From assembly GCA_049303835.1 (NCBI GenBank), contig JBAQNN010000003.1:11933-75932 (forward strand): 64,000 nucleotides of DNA. Reading direction: 5' to 3'. Within the stretch, counting starts at the first letter, position 1; each line of letters starts with the position of its first letter. This document shows, one piece after another, positions 28,417-38,015 of this stretch. Under the pieces are notes generated by a model. The model ran no database searches. It had not been told where the DNA came from and saw only the letters and a list, made by a program, of their open reading frames with translations. The position numbers were made by a program, and so were the translations under genes. This DNA comes from Minisyncoccia bacterium (lineage in GTDB: Bacteria > Patescibacteriota > Minisyncoccia > Phycocordibacterales > UBA9973).

Positions 28417-30057
28417 ATGCAATCAGATGAAGTGAGATTAAAATTTCTAAAATTTTTTGAAAACAGGGGACATAAAATAATTCCTTCTTCTTCTTTGATT
28501 CCAAATGATCCATCTGTGCTTTTTACGACTGCTGGGATGCAGCAATTCAAGCCATATTATACCAATCCAGAAAGCGCCGATAGGGATTTTAATAGTAGAA
28601 ATATTGTTACTGCCCAAAAGTGCATCCGTACAGGAGATATTGAGTCAGTAGGTGACGCTACTCACCTGACTTTTTTTGAGATGCTCGGCAATTTTTCTTT
28701 TGGCGGATATGGCAGGAAAGAAGCGATTGAATATGCGTACGATTTTATCGTAAAAGAATTAGGTTTGGAAATTTCTTATGTGACTGTCTATAAAGGAGAA
28801 GGAATAGTACCCAAAGATGATGAGTCTTTTAATATTTGGCAAGAGTTGGGAGTAAAAGATGTGCGTCTTGATGGTAGTGATGTCTTCTGGGGTCCGACCG
28901 GGGATTCTGGCCCCTGTGGCCCTACTACAGAAATTTATTGCAAAAATGCGAATGGAGAAGACGTTGAAATCTGGAATGTGGTTTTTAATGAATATTTTTG
29001 TGACAATTCTAGGGAAAAATTGGATAAAGGCGAAGCAAATTTGAAAAAACTTGATATTTTAGGAATAGATACCGGCATGGGTTTGGAGCGGTTACTGGCT
29101 ACCGTTCAAAAAAAGAAAAATGTATATGAAACAGACCTTTTCAGCAATGAGTCAACTAGAGAAGAACGTGTAGTTGCCGACCATATCAAAGCTTCTCTTT
29201 TTATGATTTCAGACGGAGTAGTTCCATCCAATACAGGTGCTGGGTATGTTTTAAGAAGATTGATAAGGCGAGCCGTTAGGTTTTCTAAACAATCGCTTAC
29301 GAAACAGATTGAAAAAATAAAGAAGATTTATGAAGGATCATATATTCTTGATGATAAGGGAGAAATAGAAAAAGAAGAAAATAGGTTTCGTCAGACTTTA
29401 CAGAATGGTTTAAAAGAGTTTGAAAAAGGAGCCGACCCCTTTGTCCTGGCTACTACTTATGGTTTTCCGATAGAACTTACGCTTGAATTGGCAAAAGAGA
29501 AAGACATAAAGATAGATCTTGAAGAATTTAATAAAAAAATTACGGAGCATCAAAAACTCTCCCAGACATCTTCAGCTGGAATGTTCAAGGGTGGGTTGGC
29601 TAATCATAACGAGAAGACTATTAAACTCCATACTGCGCATCATTTGCTTTTGGCGGGACTTCAGGCAGTTGTCGGTAAAAATATAAAACAACGAGGAAGT
29701 AACATTACAGAAGAACGATTGAGAATGGATTTCCTTTGTGACCACAAATTAACTGATGAAGAAAAAAATAAAGTAGAAGATTGGGTGAACGAACGAATTA
29801 AAGAAAACTTGGAGGTCGTGCGCCGTGAGATGACTCTGGCAGAAGCAGAAAAACTTGGGGCAGAAATGGAATTTGGAACAAAATACCCCGGGGTTGTGTC
29901 CCTTTATTTTATAGAAGACAAACAGGGTATCCCTATTTCAAAAGAATTTTGTGGTGGCCCACATGTGAAAAATACCGGAGAGCTCGGGCATTTTAAAATT
30001 CAAAAAGAAGAAGCGGTAGCTTCTGGCATTAGACGCATCAAAGCGTTCCTTTCATAA
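28417..30057 (+). CDS. alaS: alanyl-tRNA synthetase, compact form without C-Ala domain
   Basis: N-term SSLIPNDPSVLFTTAGMQQFKPYY; editing-domain HTAHHLL and CGGPHV motifs; only 546 aa. Confidence 0.8.
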   Translation: MQSDEVRLKFLKFFENRGHKIIPSSSLIPNDPSVLFTTAGMQQFKPYYTNPESADRDFNSRNIVTAQKCIRTGDIESVGDATHLTFFEMLGNFSFGGYGRKEAIEYAYDFIVKELGLEISYVTVYKGEGIVPKDDESFNIWQELGVKDVRLDGSDVFWGPTGDSGPCGPTTEIYCKNANGEDVEIWNVVFNEYFCDNSREKLDKGEANLKKLDILGIDTGMGLERLLATVQKKKNVYETDLFSNESTREERVVADHIKASLFMISDGVVPSNTGAGYVLRRLIRRAVRFSKQSLTKQIEKIKKIYEGSYILDDKGEIEKEENRFRQTLQNGLKEFEKGADPFVLATTYGFPIELTLELAKEKDIKIDLEEFNKKITEHQKLSQTSSAGMFKGGLANHNEKTIKLHTAHHLLLAGLQAVVGKNIKQRGSNITEERLRMDFLCDHKLTDEEKNKVEDWVNERIKENLEVVRREMTLAEAEKLGAEMEFGTKYPGVVSLYFIEDKQGIPISKEFCGGPHVKNTGELGHFKIQKEEAVASGIRRIKAFLS

Positions 30058-30069
30058 CTTGGGTTAAGC

Positions 30070-31287
30070 TTGTTTATACTTATCTCTTTTTGTTATAATA
30101 GCATTATGGGTATTTTCTTTGGACACAAAGATAAGGATGAACTAATGTTGGTTTTTAATATAGGGTCTTCTTCAGTTGGAGCGGCGCTTTTTTTAGCACA
30201 AAAATCAGGGGTTCCAAAAATAATTTTCTCTACCAGAGAACCGATACCAATAGAAGAAGAAGCGAAGATAGATCGTTTTTTGTTCTTGGCAAGTAAATCC
30301 TTAGAAATAGTAGCAAAAAAGGTTCTCATGACTGGACTAGGAGCGCCTAGACGTATTTTTTGCGTTCTTTCGTCACAATTTTATGTTTCTCAGACCAGAA
30401 TTATATCTTTTAAACAGGATACTCCTTTTATATTTACTATTAAATTAGCAGACAGCTTGATCCAAAAAGAAATTAAAATTTTCCAAGAAGAACATGCGGC
30501 AAAATATGCAAGTATTGGTGGGGAAATACGCCCCATAGAGCTTAAAAATATAAAAACAATGCTAAATGGTTATGAGACGTCAAGTCCATTAGACCAAAAA
30601 GCCAAAGAATTGGAGATGGTTATCTTTGTTTCTATCAGTGGAGAACAGGTCTTGAAAAAAATAGAGGATGTCATAAGAAAATATTTTCATTTTGAGCAGG
30701 TAAAGTTTTCTTCTTTTGCTATGGCTTTTTTTACAACTGTTCGCGATGTATATAAACACCAGGAGAATTTTCTTTTAGTAGATATAGGTGGAGAAGTAAC
30801 GGATATCTCAATGACGAAGAGAAATATCCTTAGAGAATCAATATCTTTTCCTTTGGGCCGTAACTTCTTAACTCGGGGAGTGGCTTCTGGCTTGGGGTGC
30901 AGTTTGAATGAAGCGAATTCCCTTATTTCTCTTTTTAAAGACGGTCATGCGGAAAAAACAGTAGCCAAAAAGTTGACGTTGATAATGAAGCAACTCCAGA
31001 CAAAATGGCTTGAAAAATTTCAAGAATCACTGGCCAATCTTTCTCACGATATCTCTATTCCTTCCACTATCTATATAGCGATAGATAAAGATTTGGCGGA
31101 TTTCTTTTCAGAAACTATAAAAACTGAACAGTTCAGCCAATATACACTGGCTGAATCAAAATTTGAGGTTATTTTTTTAAGCACAGAACTACTTCATGGT
31201 ATTGCGACGTTTAAAGACGCGGTAATTCGTGAACCGTTTATTATTATTGATTCTATCTATATTAATCGTTTTTTAATTGAAACATAA
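30070..31287 (+). CDS. actin-like ATPase fold protein (PilM/FtsA-like), tentative
   Basis: phosphate-1-like VFNIGSSSVGAALF and phosphate-2-like LLVDIGGEVTDISM. Confidence 0.35.
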   Translation: MFILISFCYNSIMGIFFGHKDKDELMLVFNIGSSSVGAALFLAQKSGVPKIIFSTREPIPIEEEAKIDRFLFLASKSLEIVAKKVLMTGLGAPRRIFCVLSSQFYVSQTRIISFKQDTPFIFTIKLADSLIQKEIKIFQEEHAAKYASIGGEIRPIELKNIKTMLNGYETSSPLDQKAKELEMVIFVSISGEQVLKKIEDVIRKYFHFEQVKFSSFAMAFFTTVRDVYKHQENFLLVDIGGEVTDISMTKRNILRESISFPLGRNFLTRGVASGLGCSLNEANSLISLFKDGHAEKTVAKKLTLIMKQLQTKWLEKFQESLANLSHDISIPSTIYIAIDKDLADFFSETIKTEQFSQYTLAESKFEVIFLSTELLHGIATFKDAVIREPFIIIDSIYINRFLIET

Positions 31288-31289
31288 AT

Positions 31290-32648
31290 ATGCCTAAATA
31301 TCTTTTTGAAGACATGGTAAGAAGTAAGCGTCAAAGACGAGAGAAGAGTGGGGATATTCGTATCTCTTCCGTAGATTTGTCGCAGAAGGAAACAAAAAAA
31401 GAACCAAAAGAAAATGAACAGCCAGCTGATTTGAAAATAATTTATGAAATGCCGGAATTCGGAAAGTCTAAAAATAATGAAGTTGGTTACGTTAAGTCTC
31501 GGGGAAGAAACATGTTGTGGTTTTTAGCCTTGGTTTCTGTGATGTTTTGCCTTTTTGCACTTTCTTTTCTGTTTTCAAGCGCAGAAATTTTGGTAGATCC
31601 GAAAATAAAGGAAGTCGTTTTAAATGAAAATTTATCTGCCAATTTGAATTCAAATGATAGTCTGTCTTTTAACTTAGTGGTTTTTGACGACACAGAAAGT
31701 AAAACATTAACAGCCAATGGAGAAGAAGATGTAGCAAAAAAAGCTACGGGTACAGTTGTTATTTATAATTCTTTTAGCTCTGCACCACAGACTTTAAATA
31801 TAGATACCAGGTTGGAAGGCTCAAATGGAAAAATTTATAAAACAAAAACAAAAACAGTCGTACCCGGGATAAAAAAGGGAAGTACTATTCCTGGGTCGGT
31901 TGAGGTGGAGATTTATGCTACGGATGCAGGAGAAGAATACAACAGTGGTCCACTTGATTTTAAAATTTTTGGGTTTAAAGGTACCCCAAAATATTCCAAA
32001 TTTTATGGTAGATCAAAACCGGGGACACAAATAATAGGAGGATTTAGGGGTAAGGTTCCATCTGTAAAAGAGGAGGATAAAAAAGTCGCTATCACTGAAA
32101 TGGAAACAATTTTAAAAGCGAAACTTTTAAAAAAGGTGGTGACTCCCGATTTTGTTTTATTTGAAAATGCAGTGTCCTTCAATATAGAAGATGCAAATAT
32201 CTTGTCTGGTACATCCAACGATAATAATGCAACCATAACACTCAAAGGTACGATTTACGGTATTTTATTTAATGAACAAAAACTAACAAAAAAGATAACA
32301 GAAAATAAAATTAAGGAATACGATGGAAGCGAAGTATATATACCAAATATTACAGATTTAGTTTTCTCTTTACCTGAACAGATAAACTTGTCCGACAAAG
32401 GTAGCCTTGATTTTGAAAATCTAAAAAGTATAAATTTCAATTTGTCCGGTTCAGCAAAAATAGTTTCCAAGTTGGATAAAGATAAATTTACTGCCGATCT
32501 ACTCGGCATATCAAAAAAAGATTTTGTACAGATTTTGTCTCAATATCCAAATATTGAATCGGCTGTTTTAAAATTAAGATTTCCATGGATGCAGTCTATC
32601 CCCGACAAGACGGAAAATGTGAAGGTTATCATAAATTATCCGGAGTAA
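31290..32648 (+). CDS. bitopic membrane protein with large extracytoplasmic domain (possible pilus-assembly PilN/PilO-like partner), hypothetical
   Basis: basic cytoplasmic N-term, single TM at about aa 75-97, Ser/Asn/Thr-rich ectodomain. Confidence 0.35.
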   Translation: MPKYLFEDMVRSKRQRREKSGDIRISSVDLSQKETKKEPKENEQPADLKIIYEMPEFGKSKNNEVGYVKSRGRNMLWFLALVSVMFCLFALSFLFSSAEILVDPKIKEVVLNENLSANLNSNDSLSFNLVVFDDTESKTLTANGEEDVAKKATGTVVIYNSFSSAPQTLNIDTRLEGSNGKIYKTKTKTVVPGIKKGSTIPGSVEVEIYATDAGEEYNSGPLDFKIFGFKGTPKYSKFYGRSKPGTQIIGGFRGKVPSVKEEDKKVAITEMETILKAKLLKKVVTPDFVLFENAVSFNIEDANILSGTSNDNNATITLKGTIYGILFNEQKLTKKITENKIKEYDGSEVYIPNITDLVFSLPEQINLSDKGSLDFENLKSINFNLSGSAKIVSKLDKDKFTADLLGISKKDFVQILSQYPNIESAVLKLRFPWMQSIPDKTENVKVIINYPE

Positions 32649-32694
32649 TCTCTTGACGTTGTAGCTTTATTTTACTATAGTGTATAGCACATAC

Positions 32695-32940
32695 ATGAGT
32701 GATTCAAAAGATGAAAAAATTGTGACGGCTAGGGGAGTTGTCACCGAAGCGTTGCCCTCTACTTTATTTAGGGTGATGATAAAAGAAAATAATGCCGAAA
32801 ACGTCGGTGAAGAGAAAGAAATTTTGGCGTATCTCGGTGGCAAGATGCGTATGCATAGAATCAAGGTTTTAATAGGAGATTCGGTGGAGGTCGTGCTCGA
32901 TTCTTATGGTGGCAAAGGTAGAATAGTGAAAAGGTTGTAA
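32695..32940 (+). CDS. infA: translation initiation factor IF-1
   Basis: S1-like fold sequence ARGVVTEALPSTLFRV...GKMRMHRIKVLIGDSVEV; ATG at 32695 preferred over the upstream GTG; TTGACG-N17-TATAGT promoter ending about 12 nt upstream. Confidence 0.75.
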   Translation: MSDSKDEKIVTARGVVTEALPSTLFRVMIKENNAENVGEEKEILAYLGGKMRMHRIKVLIGDSVEVVLDSYGGKGRIVKRL

Positions 32941-33065
32941 TTTTTTTAATAATGGTGTATTATACTGGGTACAGTTTGTAAAAGGTGATAACGCTGAAAA
33001 ATAAGGGTTTTTCCTTGTTTTTCTTCTGTTATGTAGTCTTTTTAAAAAGTGTTGTAAAATTTTTT

Positions 33066-33176
33066 ATGAAAATAAAATCATCTGTAAAAAAAATTTGTGA
33101 TAATTGTAAAATGGTCAGACGAGCCAGGCATTTGAGAATAATTTGTACTAACCCTAAACATAAACAAAAACAATAA
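33066..33176 (+). CDS. rpmJ: 50S ribosomal protein L36
   Basis: [36 protein letters not shown], zinc-ribbon CxxC...C..H pattern; the track ORF is N-terminally over-extended. Confidence 0.85.
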   Translation: MKIKSSVKKICDNCKMVRRARHLRIICTNPKHKQKQ

Positions 33177-33179
33177 TTT

Positions 33180-33560
33180 ATGAGAATCCTAGGAATCACA
33201 ATACCAAATGAAAAAAGACTTGAGATTGGTTTAACCTGTCTATATGGCATAGGTGTTTCTTCTGCCCGAAAAATTTTGGATCAAGTTGGTATTGATCGTG
33301 GGAAGAAAGCCAAGGATCTAACATTGGATGAAGAAAACAAGATTCGTCTTTTGATAGAAAAAATCCCAATTGAAGGAAACTTAAAGAGAGAGATAGCTGC
33401 TAATATAAAAAGACTAAAAGATATTAAAAATTACCGTGGAGTTCGTCATATGAAGAGATTGCCGGTTCGGGGACAACGCACCAAGACAAATTCCAGAACA
33501 GTAAGAGGTAATGTCAGAAAGACAATGGCTTCAGGAAAGAGAAAAGAGAGTAAAACATAA
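33180..33560 (+). CDS. rpsM: 30S ribosomal protein S13
   Basis: MRILGITIPNEKRLEIGLTCLYGIG... Confidence 0.9.
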   Translation: MRILGITIPNEKRLEIGLTCLYGIGVSSARKILDQVGIDRGKKAKDLTLDEENKIRLLIEKIPIEGNLKREIAANIKRLKDIKNYRGVRHMKRLPVRGQRTKTNSRTVRGNVRKTMASGKRKESKT

Positions 33561-33594
33561 AAAATAATTACGAATTATAAATTACGAATTACGA

Positions 33595-34044
33595 ATGCCA
33601 AAAAAAGAAGAAAAAAATAAAGAAGAAGTTGAAGTAGAAAAAATCAACTCGGAAGAAAGTGAAGTAAAAAAAGCTTCATTAAAAACACCAAAGAAGAAGA
33701 TAGTCTCAGGTGTTTTGCATGTTGAGGCAACTTTTAACAACACTAAGGTTCTTTTTTCAGATAAATTAGGCAATACACTATTTTGGTCAAGTGCAGGATC
33801 TTTGGGTTTCAGGGGAGCCAAAAAGGGAACTCCTTTCGCAGCTTCCAAGGTGGGCGACATAATCGGTAGTAAAGCTATAGCCCTTGGAGTAAAAGATTCT
33901 GACGTTGTTATTTTAGGAGTGGGTTCTGGGCGAGAGCCTGCAGTGAGAGCCTTTATGGCTCATGGAATTGAAATAACTTCTATTTTAGATGCAACCCCTG
34001 TGCCACACAATGGACCAAAAGCAAAAAAACCACGAAGAGTATAA
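33595..34044 (+). CDS. rpsK: 30S ribosomal protein S11 (with K/E-rich N-terminal extension)
   Basis: conserved S11 core GVLHVEATFNNT...GFRGAKKGTPFAA... Confidence 0.9.
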   Translation: MPKKEEKNKEEVEVEKINSEESEVKKASLKTPKKKIVSGVLHVEATFNNTKVLFSDKLGNTLFWSSAGSLGFRGAKKGTPFAASKVGDIIGSKAIALGVKDSDVVILGVGSGREPAVRAFMAHGIEITSILDATPVPHNGPKAKKPRRV

Positions 34045-34068
34045 TAATTAATAATTACGAATTCAAGT

Positions 34069-34671
34069 ATGATTAGTAAACCAAAATTTAAAATTTGTAG
34101 AAGATTGGGCCCAGGAGTTTATGACAAATGTCAAACTTCAAAGTTTGCTGCAGCTTCTACTAAATCTTTACCAGGGGGTAAAAGACCAAAAGCTCCTACT
34201 GAATACGGAGCACAGCTCATAGAAAAACAGAAGACTCGTTTGTCATACGGAATATCAGAACGTCAACTTTCTAATCACGTCAAAAAAGTTTCTCATATCA
34301 AAGGAGCGGGGACAGCAGAAAAATTATACGAAAATCTTGAATCTCGTCTTGATAATGTTATTTACCGGATGGGTCTCGGGGCAAGTAGGCGCGCTACTAG
34401 GCAGATGGTATCTCACGGACATTTTATCGTAAACAATCACCGAGTCACCATTCCTTCTTATGAAGTGAAAATAGGAGATGTAATAAAAATTCGTGAAGGT
34501 AGTAAAACTAAGAAAATTTTTGAAAATTTAGTAGATAGACTGAAGGATTACAACGCTCCAGCTTGGGTGACGTTTGATTTAAAGAATCAAGAAGGGCGCA
34601 TCTTATCAAAACCAAAAAATATTGAAACATTTTTAGACCTTAACGCTGTGCTTGAGTTTTACAGTCGTTAA
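34069..34671 (+). CDS. rpsD: 30S ribosomal protein S4
   Basis: RLDNVIYRMGLGASRRATRQMVSHGHF, S4 domain. Confidence 0.9.
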   Translation: MISKPKFKICRRLGPGVYDKCQTSKFAAASTKSLPGGKRPKAPTEYGAQLIEKQKTRLSYGISERQLSNHVKKVSHIKGAGTAEKLYENLESRLDNVIYRMGLGASRRATRQMVSHGHFIVNNHRVTIPSYEVKIGDVIKIREGSKTKKIFENLVDRLKDYNAPAWVTFDLKNQEGRILSKPKNIETFLDLNAVLEFYSR

Positions 34672-34746
34672 ATTATTAATTTTTTGTTTATATCTGTTGC
34701 AAACAGATAAATATTATCAAAGTTTTAAAATTATAATTATAAAATT

Positions 34747-35721
34747 ATGCCTGAATATAAAATAATTATGCCTTCCAAACCTAAGATAGTTGAGGAAAAT
34801 GGCAATAAAGGAGTATTTGAAATAGACGGCCTGTCACCAGGGTATGGGCACACTTTGGGTAACAGCTTGAGAAGGATAATACTTTCTTCCTTGCCTGGGG
34901 CAAGTATTACTTCCATAAAAATAGATGGTGTAGCCCATGAATTTCAAACCATGGACGGCATAAAAGAAGATGTAATTGTAATGATTTTAAATCTAAAGAA
35001 AACTCGTTTTAAAATGCTGTCAGATGAACCGCAAACAGTTTCTCTTTCTATAAAAGGACCCAAAGAAGTCTTAGCAGGAGACATAAAGACCGGTGGGCAA
35101 GTTGAAATCTTGAACCCAGAACTACACATTGCCGAAGTCACCGGGAAGATAAACTTGAACATAGAAATGAAAGTAGAGAAAGGTTTGGGTTTCATCGCCA
35201 AAGAAGTTTTTCAAAAAGAAAAAGTGGATGTAGGGACCATTGCAGTAGATGCTATTTTTACACCGATTCGTCGAGTAGCTTACGAGGTTGAGAATATGCG
35301 CGTAGGTGATAAGACAAACCACAATCGTCTTCGTATCTCAATTGAGACGGATGGTACTCTCACTCCCCGTGAGGCCTTGTCTAATTCTATTGGGATAATG
35401 ATAAACCAATTAAAGGCAATTGTTGATTTCAAGGAACCAGAGGAAGAAATAAAAGTAAGTAAAAAAGTTTCAAAGGAAGAAGAGGAAGAAAAAGATGAAA
35501 AGAAGGGAGAAGATTTTGCAGATGTGCTAAAGACTCGCACGGATACTTTAGATCTCTCTACCCGGACTCTGAATGCTTTGACTTCAGCGAACATCAGAAC
35601 TCTCGGAGGGCTCGCTCGCAAGAAAAGAGAAGATTTACTTGAGCTAGAGGGTATCGGCGAAAAAGGAATTACAGAAATTAAAAAAGTTTTGAATAAATTT
35701 GGTCTTAATTTAAAAGAATAA
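34747..35721 (+). CDS. rpoA: DNA-directed RNA polymerase subunit alpha
   Basis: NTD GYGHTLGNSLRRILLSSLPG; CTD LDLSTRTLNAL; acidic about 40-aa linker insertion. Confidence 0.9.
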   Translation: MPEYKIIMPSKPKIVEENGNKGVFEIDGLSPGYGHTLGNSLRRIILSSLPGASITSIKIDGVAHEFQTMDGIKEDVIVMILNLKKTRFKMLSDEPQTVSLSIKGPKEVLAGDIKTGGQVEILNPELHIAEVTGKINLNIEMKVEKGLGFIAKEVFQKEKVDVGTIAVDAIFTPIRRVAYEVENMRVGDKTNHNRLRISIETDGTLTPREALSNSIGIMINQLKAIVDFKEPEEEIKVSKKVSKEEEEEKDEKKGEDFADVLKTRTDTLDLSTRTLNALTSANIRTLGGLARKKREDLLELEGIGEKGITEIKKVLNKFGLNLKE

Positions 35722-35725
35722 TTTT

Positions 35726-36079
35726 ATGCGACACCACAACAATACAAGAAAATTCGGTAGAGATAAAACACAAAAGCGCGCGTTGCTTAATTCTTTGGCT
35801 CTCAATTTGATTGTGCGCGAAAAAATAAAGACTACTGAACCAAAAGCGAAAGAATTGAGACCTTTTATTGAAAAACTCATAACTCGCGCTAAAAAAGGAG
35901 ATGTAGCGACTCGCAGATCTGTTATCGCTAAGCTTTCTAGTAGTAGCAAGGGGGTAAAAAAGCTATTTGATGTTTTGGCACCAAAATATGCCGATAAAAA
36001 AGGAGGATATACCAGAGTACTAAAATTAGGAGCCCGAAAGTCGGACGGTGCAAAAATGGCGATTATAGAATTTGTTTAA
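35726..36079 (+). CDS. rplQ: 50S ribosomal protein L17
   Basis: MRHHNNTRKFGRDKTQKRALLNSLALNL... Confidence 0.9.
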   Translation: MRHHNNTRKFGRDKTQKRALLNSLALNLIVREKIKTTEPKAKELRPFIEKLITRAKKGDVATRRSVIAKLSSSSKGVKKLFDVLAPKYADKKGGYTRVLKLGARKSDGAKMAIIEFV

Positions 36080-36098
36080 TTTTCAATAATAGTTTAGT

Positions 36099-36476
36099 AT
36101 GAAAAACGCAATGAAAAAAACAGAAGCAAAAGAAATAAAGACCATAGATGCAAACGGAATGGCGCTCGGCAGAGTAGCAAGTACGGTGGCTATGTCTTTG
36201 ATGGGAAAGACAAAGGCTACTTTTGAACGCAACAAGTATTCCGGTTTCCCAGTGAAAGTAATAAATGCTTCAAAGCTTCGTATTACCGCCAAAAAACTGG
36301 ACGAAATTTTTCATACCAGATATTCAGGAATGAGAGGTGGGCTTCGTATTTTAAAAGGCACAGAGACAATGGAGAAAAAAGGCTTAAAAGAACTAATCAA
36401 GCTTGCGACCTTTCAGATGCTTCCGGACAATAAATTGCGCAGAACTATGATGAAAAATTTAACAATTGAAGATTAA
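36099..36476 (+). CDS. rplM: 50S ribosomal protein L13
   Basis: IDANGMALGRVASTVAMSLMGK... Confidence 0.85.
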   Translation: MKNAMKKTEAKEIKTIDANGMALGRVASTVAMSLMGKTKATFERNKYSGFPVKVINASKLRITAKKLDEIFHTRYSGMRGGLRILKGTETMEKKGLKELIKLATFQMLPDNKLRRTMMKNLTIED

Positions 36477-36906
36477 TATGGATAAAGAAAACACAAAAGA
36501 TAAATACATTGAAGCGATAGGAAGACGTAAAACTTCTACAGCTAGAGTGCGCATCAAACAATCTGCAAAAAATCATTTTATTGTGAATGATAAAGATGCC
36601 AAGGAATATTTTAAAACAGAAGTAGAGCGTCGTTTGATTTTAGATCCTATAATGAAAGGTGTATCGGCGGATGGTACAAAATCTGATTTAAAATGGAGTG
36701 TAGAGGTGCATGTATCAGGTGGCGGTTTTCATTCGCAAGCTGAGGCAGTTCGTCATGGATTGTCTAGGGCTTTAGTATCGCATGACAGTACATTGCGAGG
36801 GAGTCTAAAGACTTTGGGATATCTGAAACGCGACCCTAGAGCAAAAGAACGCAGAAAATTCGGTCTCAAGAAAGCTCGCAAGGCTCCACAATGGAGTAAA
36901 CGCTAA
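36466..36906 (+). CDS. rpsI: 30S ribosomal protein S9
   Basis: GRRKTSTARVRIK...; C-terminal ...KARKAPQWSKR. Confidence 0.9.
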   Translation: MKINMDKENTKDKYIEAIGRRKTSTARVRIKQSAKNHFIVNDKDAKEYFKTEVERRLILDPIMKGVSADGTKSDLKWSVEVHVSGGGFHSQAEAVRHGLSRALVSHDSTLRGSLKTLGYLKRDPRAKERRKFGLKKARKAPQWSKR

Positions 36907-36926
36907 ACTTAACAATAACTTTAAAA

Positions 36927-36954
36927 TACCCCTTGAAAATAGGGGTATTTTTTG
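36927..36954 (+). terminator. rho-independent terminator after rpsI
   Basis: accccT-tgaaaata-Aggggt plus tttttt. Confidence 0.7.
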
Positions 36955-36967
36955 TTAGGATGGATTT

Positions 36968-37579
36968 ATGGACGAAAAAGAAAACGATAAAAAAGATTTA
37001 TCCGCCGAGGCGGAAGGAAACACAGGAAAACCGGAAGAATCTGAGGTTCTTGAATTTGAGTTTAATGATGACGGAGAAGAAGATTTAAAGAAAACTCTGA
37101 AAAAGTTTAGAGCTGACTTGAAGCAATTAAAAAAAGAAAAGGAAGAGTATTTGACTGGCTGGCAAAAAGAACGGGCAGATTTTGCTAATTATCGTAAACA
37201 AGAAAATGAAAGAAGACTAAATTTCTCAGAAAATGTGAGTGAGCGAATTTTGGGTCGTTTTTTGACTGTGATTGATAGTTTTAATATGGCATTTGCAAAT
37301 CGTGAAGCTTGGGAAAAAGTTGATGAAAACTGGCGCAAGGGAGTGGAGTACATTTATGGACAGATGAATACCATTTTTGAAGAATATGGTGTAAAGCCAG
37401 TCGGAGAAGAAGGTGAGGCTTTTGACCCAAATATTCATCAATCTGTAGAACTAGTAGAAACAGATAAAAAAGAATTAGATCATAAAGTAGCGAAAGTAAT
37501 TCAAAAAGGATACAAATTGGGCGTTCGCATAATGCGTCCAGCCAAGGTGGACGTATATGAATACAAAGCCAAAGAATAG
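36968..37579 (+). CDS. grpE: nucleotide exchange factor GrpE
   Basis: acidic N-term, coiled coil, ERADFANYRKQ GrpE signature. Confidence 0.85.
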   Translation: MDEKENDKKDLSAEAEGNTGKPEESEVLEFEFNDDGEEDLKKTLKKFRADLKQLKKEKEEYLTGWQKERADFANYRKQENERRLNFSENVSERILGRFLTVIDSFNMAFANREAWEKVDENWRKGVEYIYGQMNTIFEEYGVKPVGEEGEAFDPNIHQSVELVETDKKELDHKVAKVIQKGYKLGVRIMRPAKVDVYEYKAKE

Positions 37580-37673
37580 TAACTTGTCTTTAAGGCTATT
37601 CTATACTATAAAAAAGTGGTATAATAATAGAAAGGTCAAACTCTTTCTTATCAGATAATATCTCTAAAATTTT

Positions 37674-37979
37674 ATGGTATTTATTTATACAACTTGCGCG
37701 AATTCTAGCGAGGCAAAACTCCTTGGTAAATTAATTATTGATAAAAAAATGGGTGCTTGCGTAGATTATTGGCCAATTAACTCAATGTACAATTGGGAAG
37801 GTAAATTAAAAGAGGTATCCCAGGTGATGTTGATGATCACTACTCTTGAAAATAAAATTGAAGAAGTCAACGATCTCATATCAAAACACCATAGTTACTC
37901 TACCCCACTTATCGCGGGTGTAGATGTTCGTAGGATGAACCGTGCGTATAAAGAATGGATGACAGAAAAAATTGTTTGA
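37674..37979 (+). CDS. cutA: divalent-cation tolerance protein CutA
   Basis: 101 aa; CutA1-like YTTCANSSEAKLLGKLII...Y.W.G; extended -10 TGGTATAAT upstream. Confidence 0.7.
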   Translation: MVFIYTTCANSSEAKLLGKLIIDKKMGACVDYWPINSMYNWEGKLKEVSQVMLMITTLENKIEEVNDLISKHHSYSTPLIAGVDVRRMNRAYKEWMTEKIV

Positions 37980-38015
37980 TTAATTTTATTGTTTAATTTG
38001 TGTGTTTTTTATATT

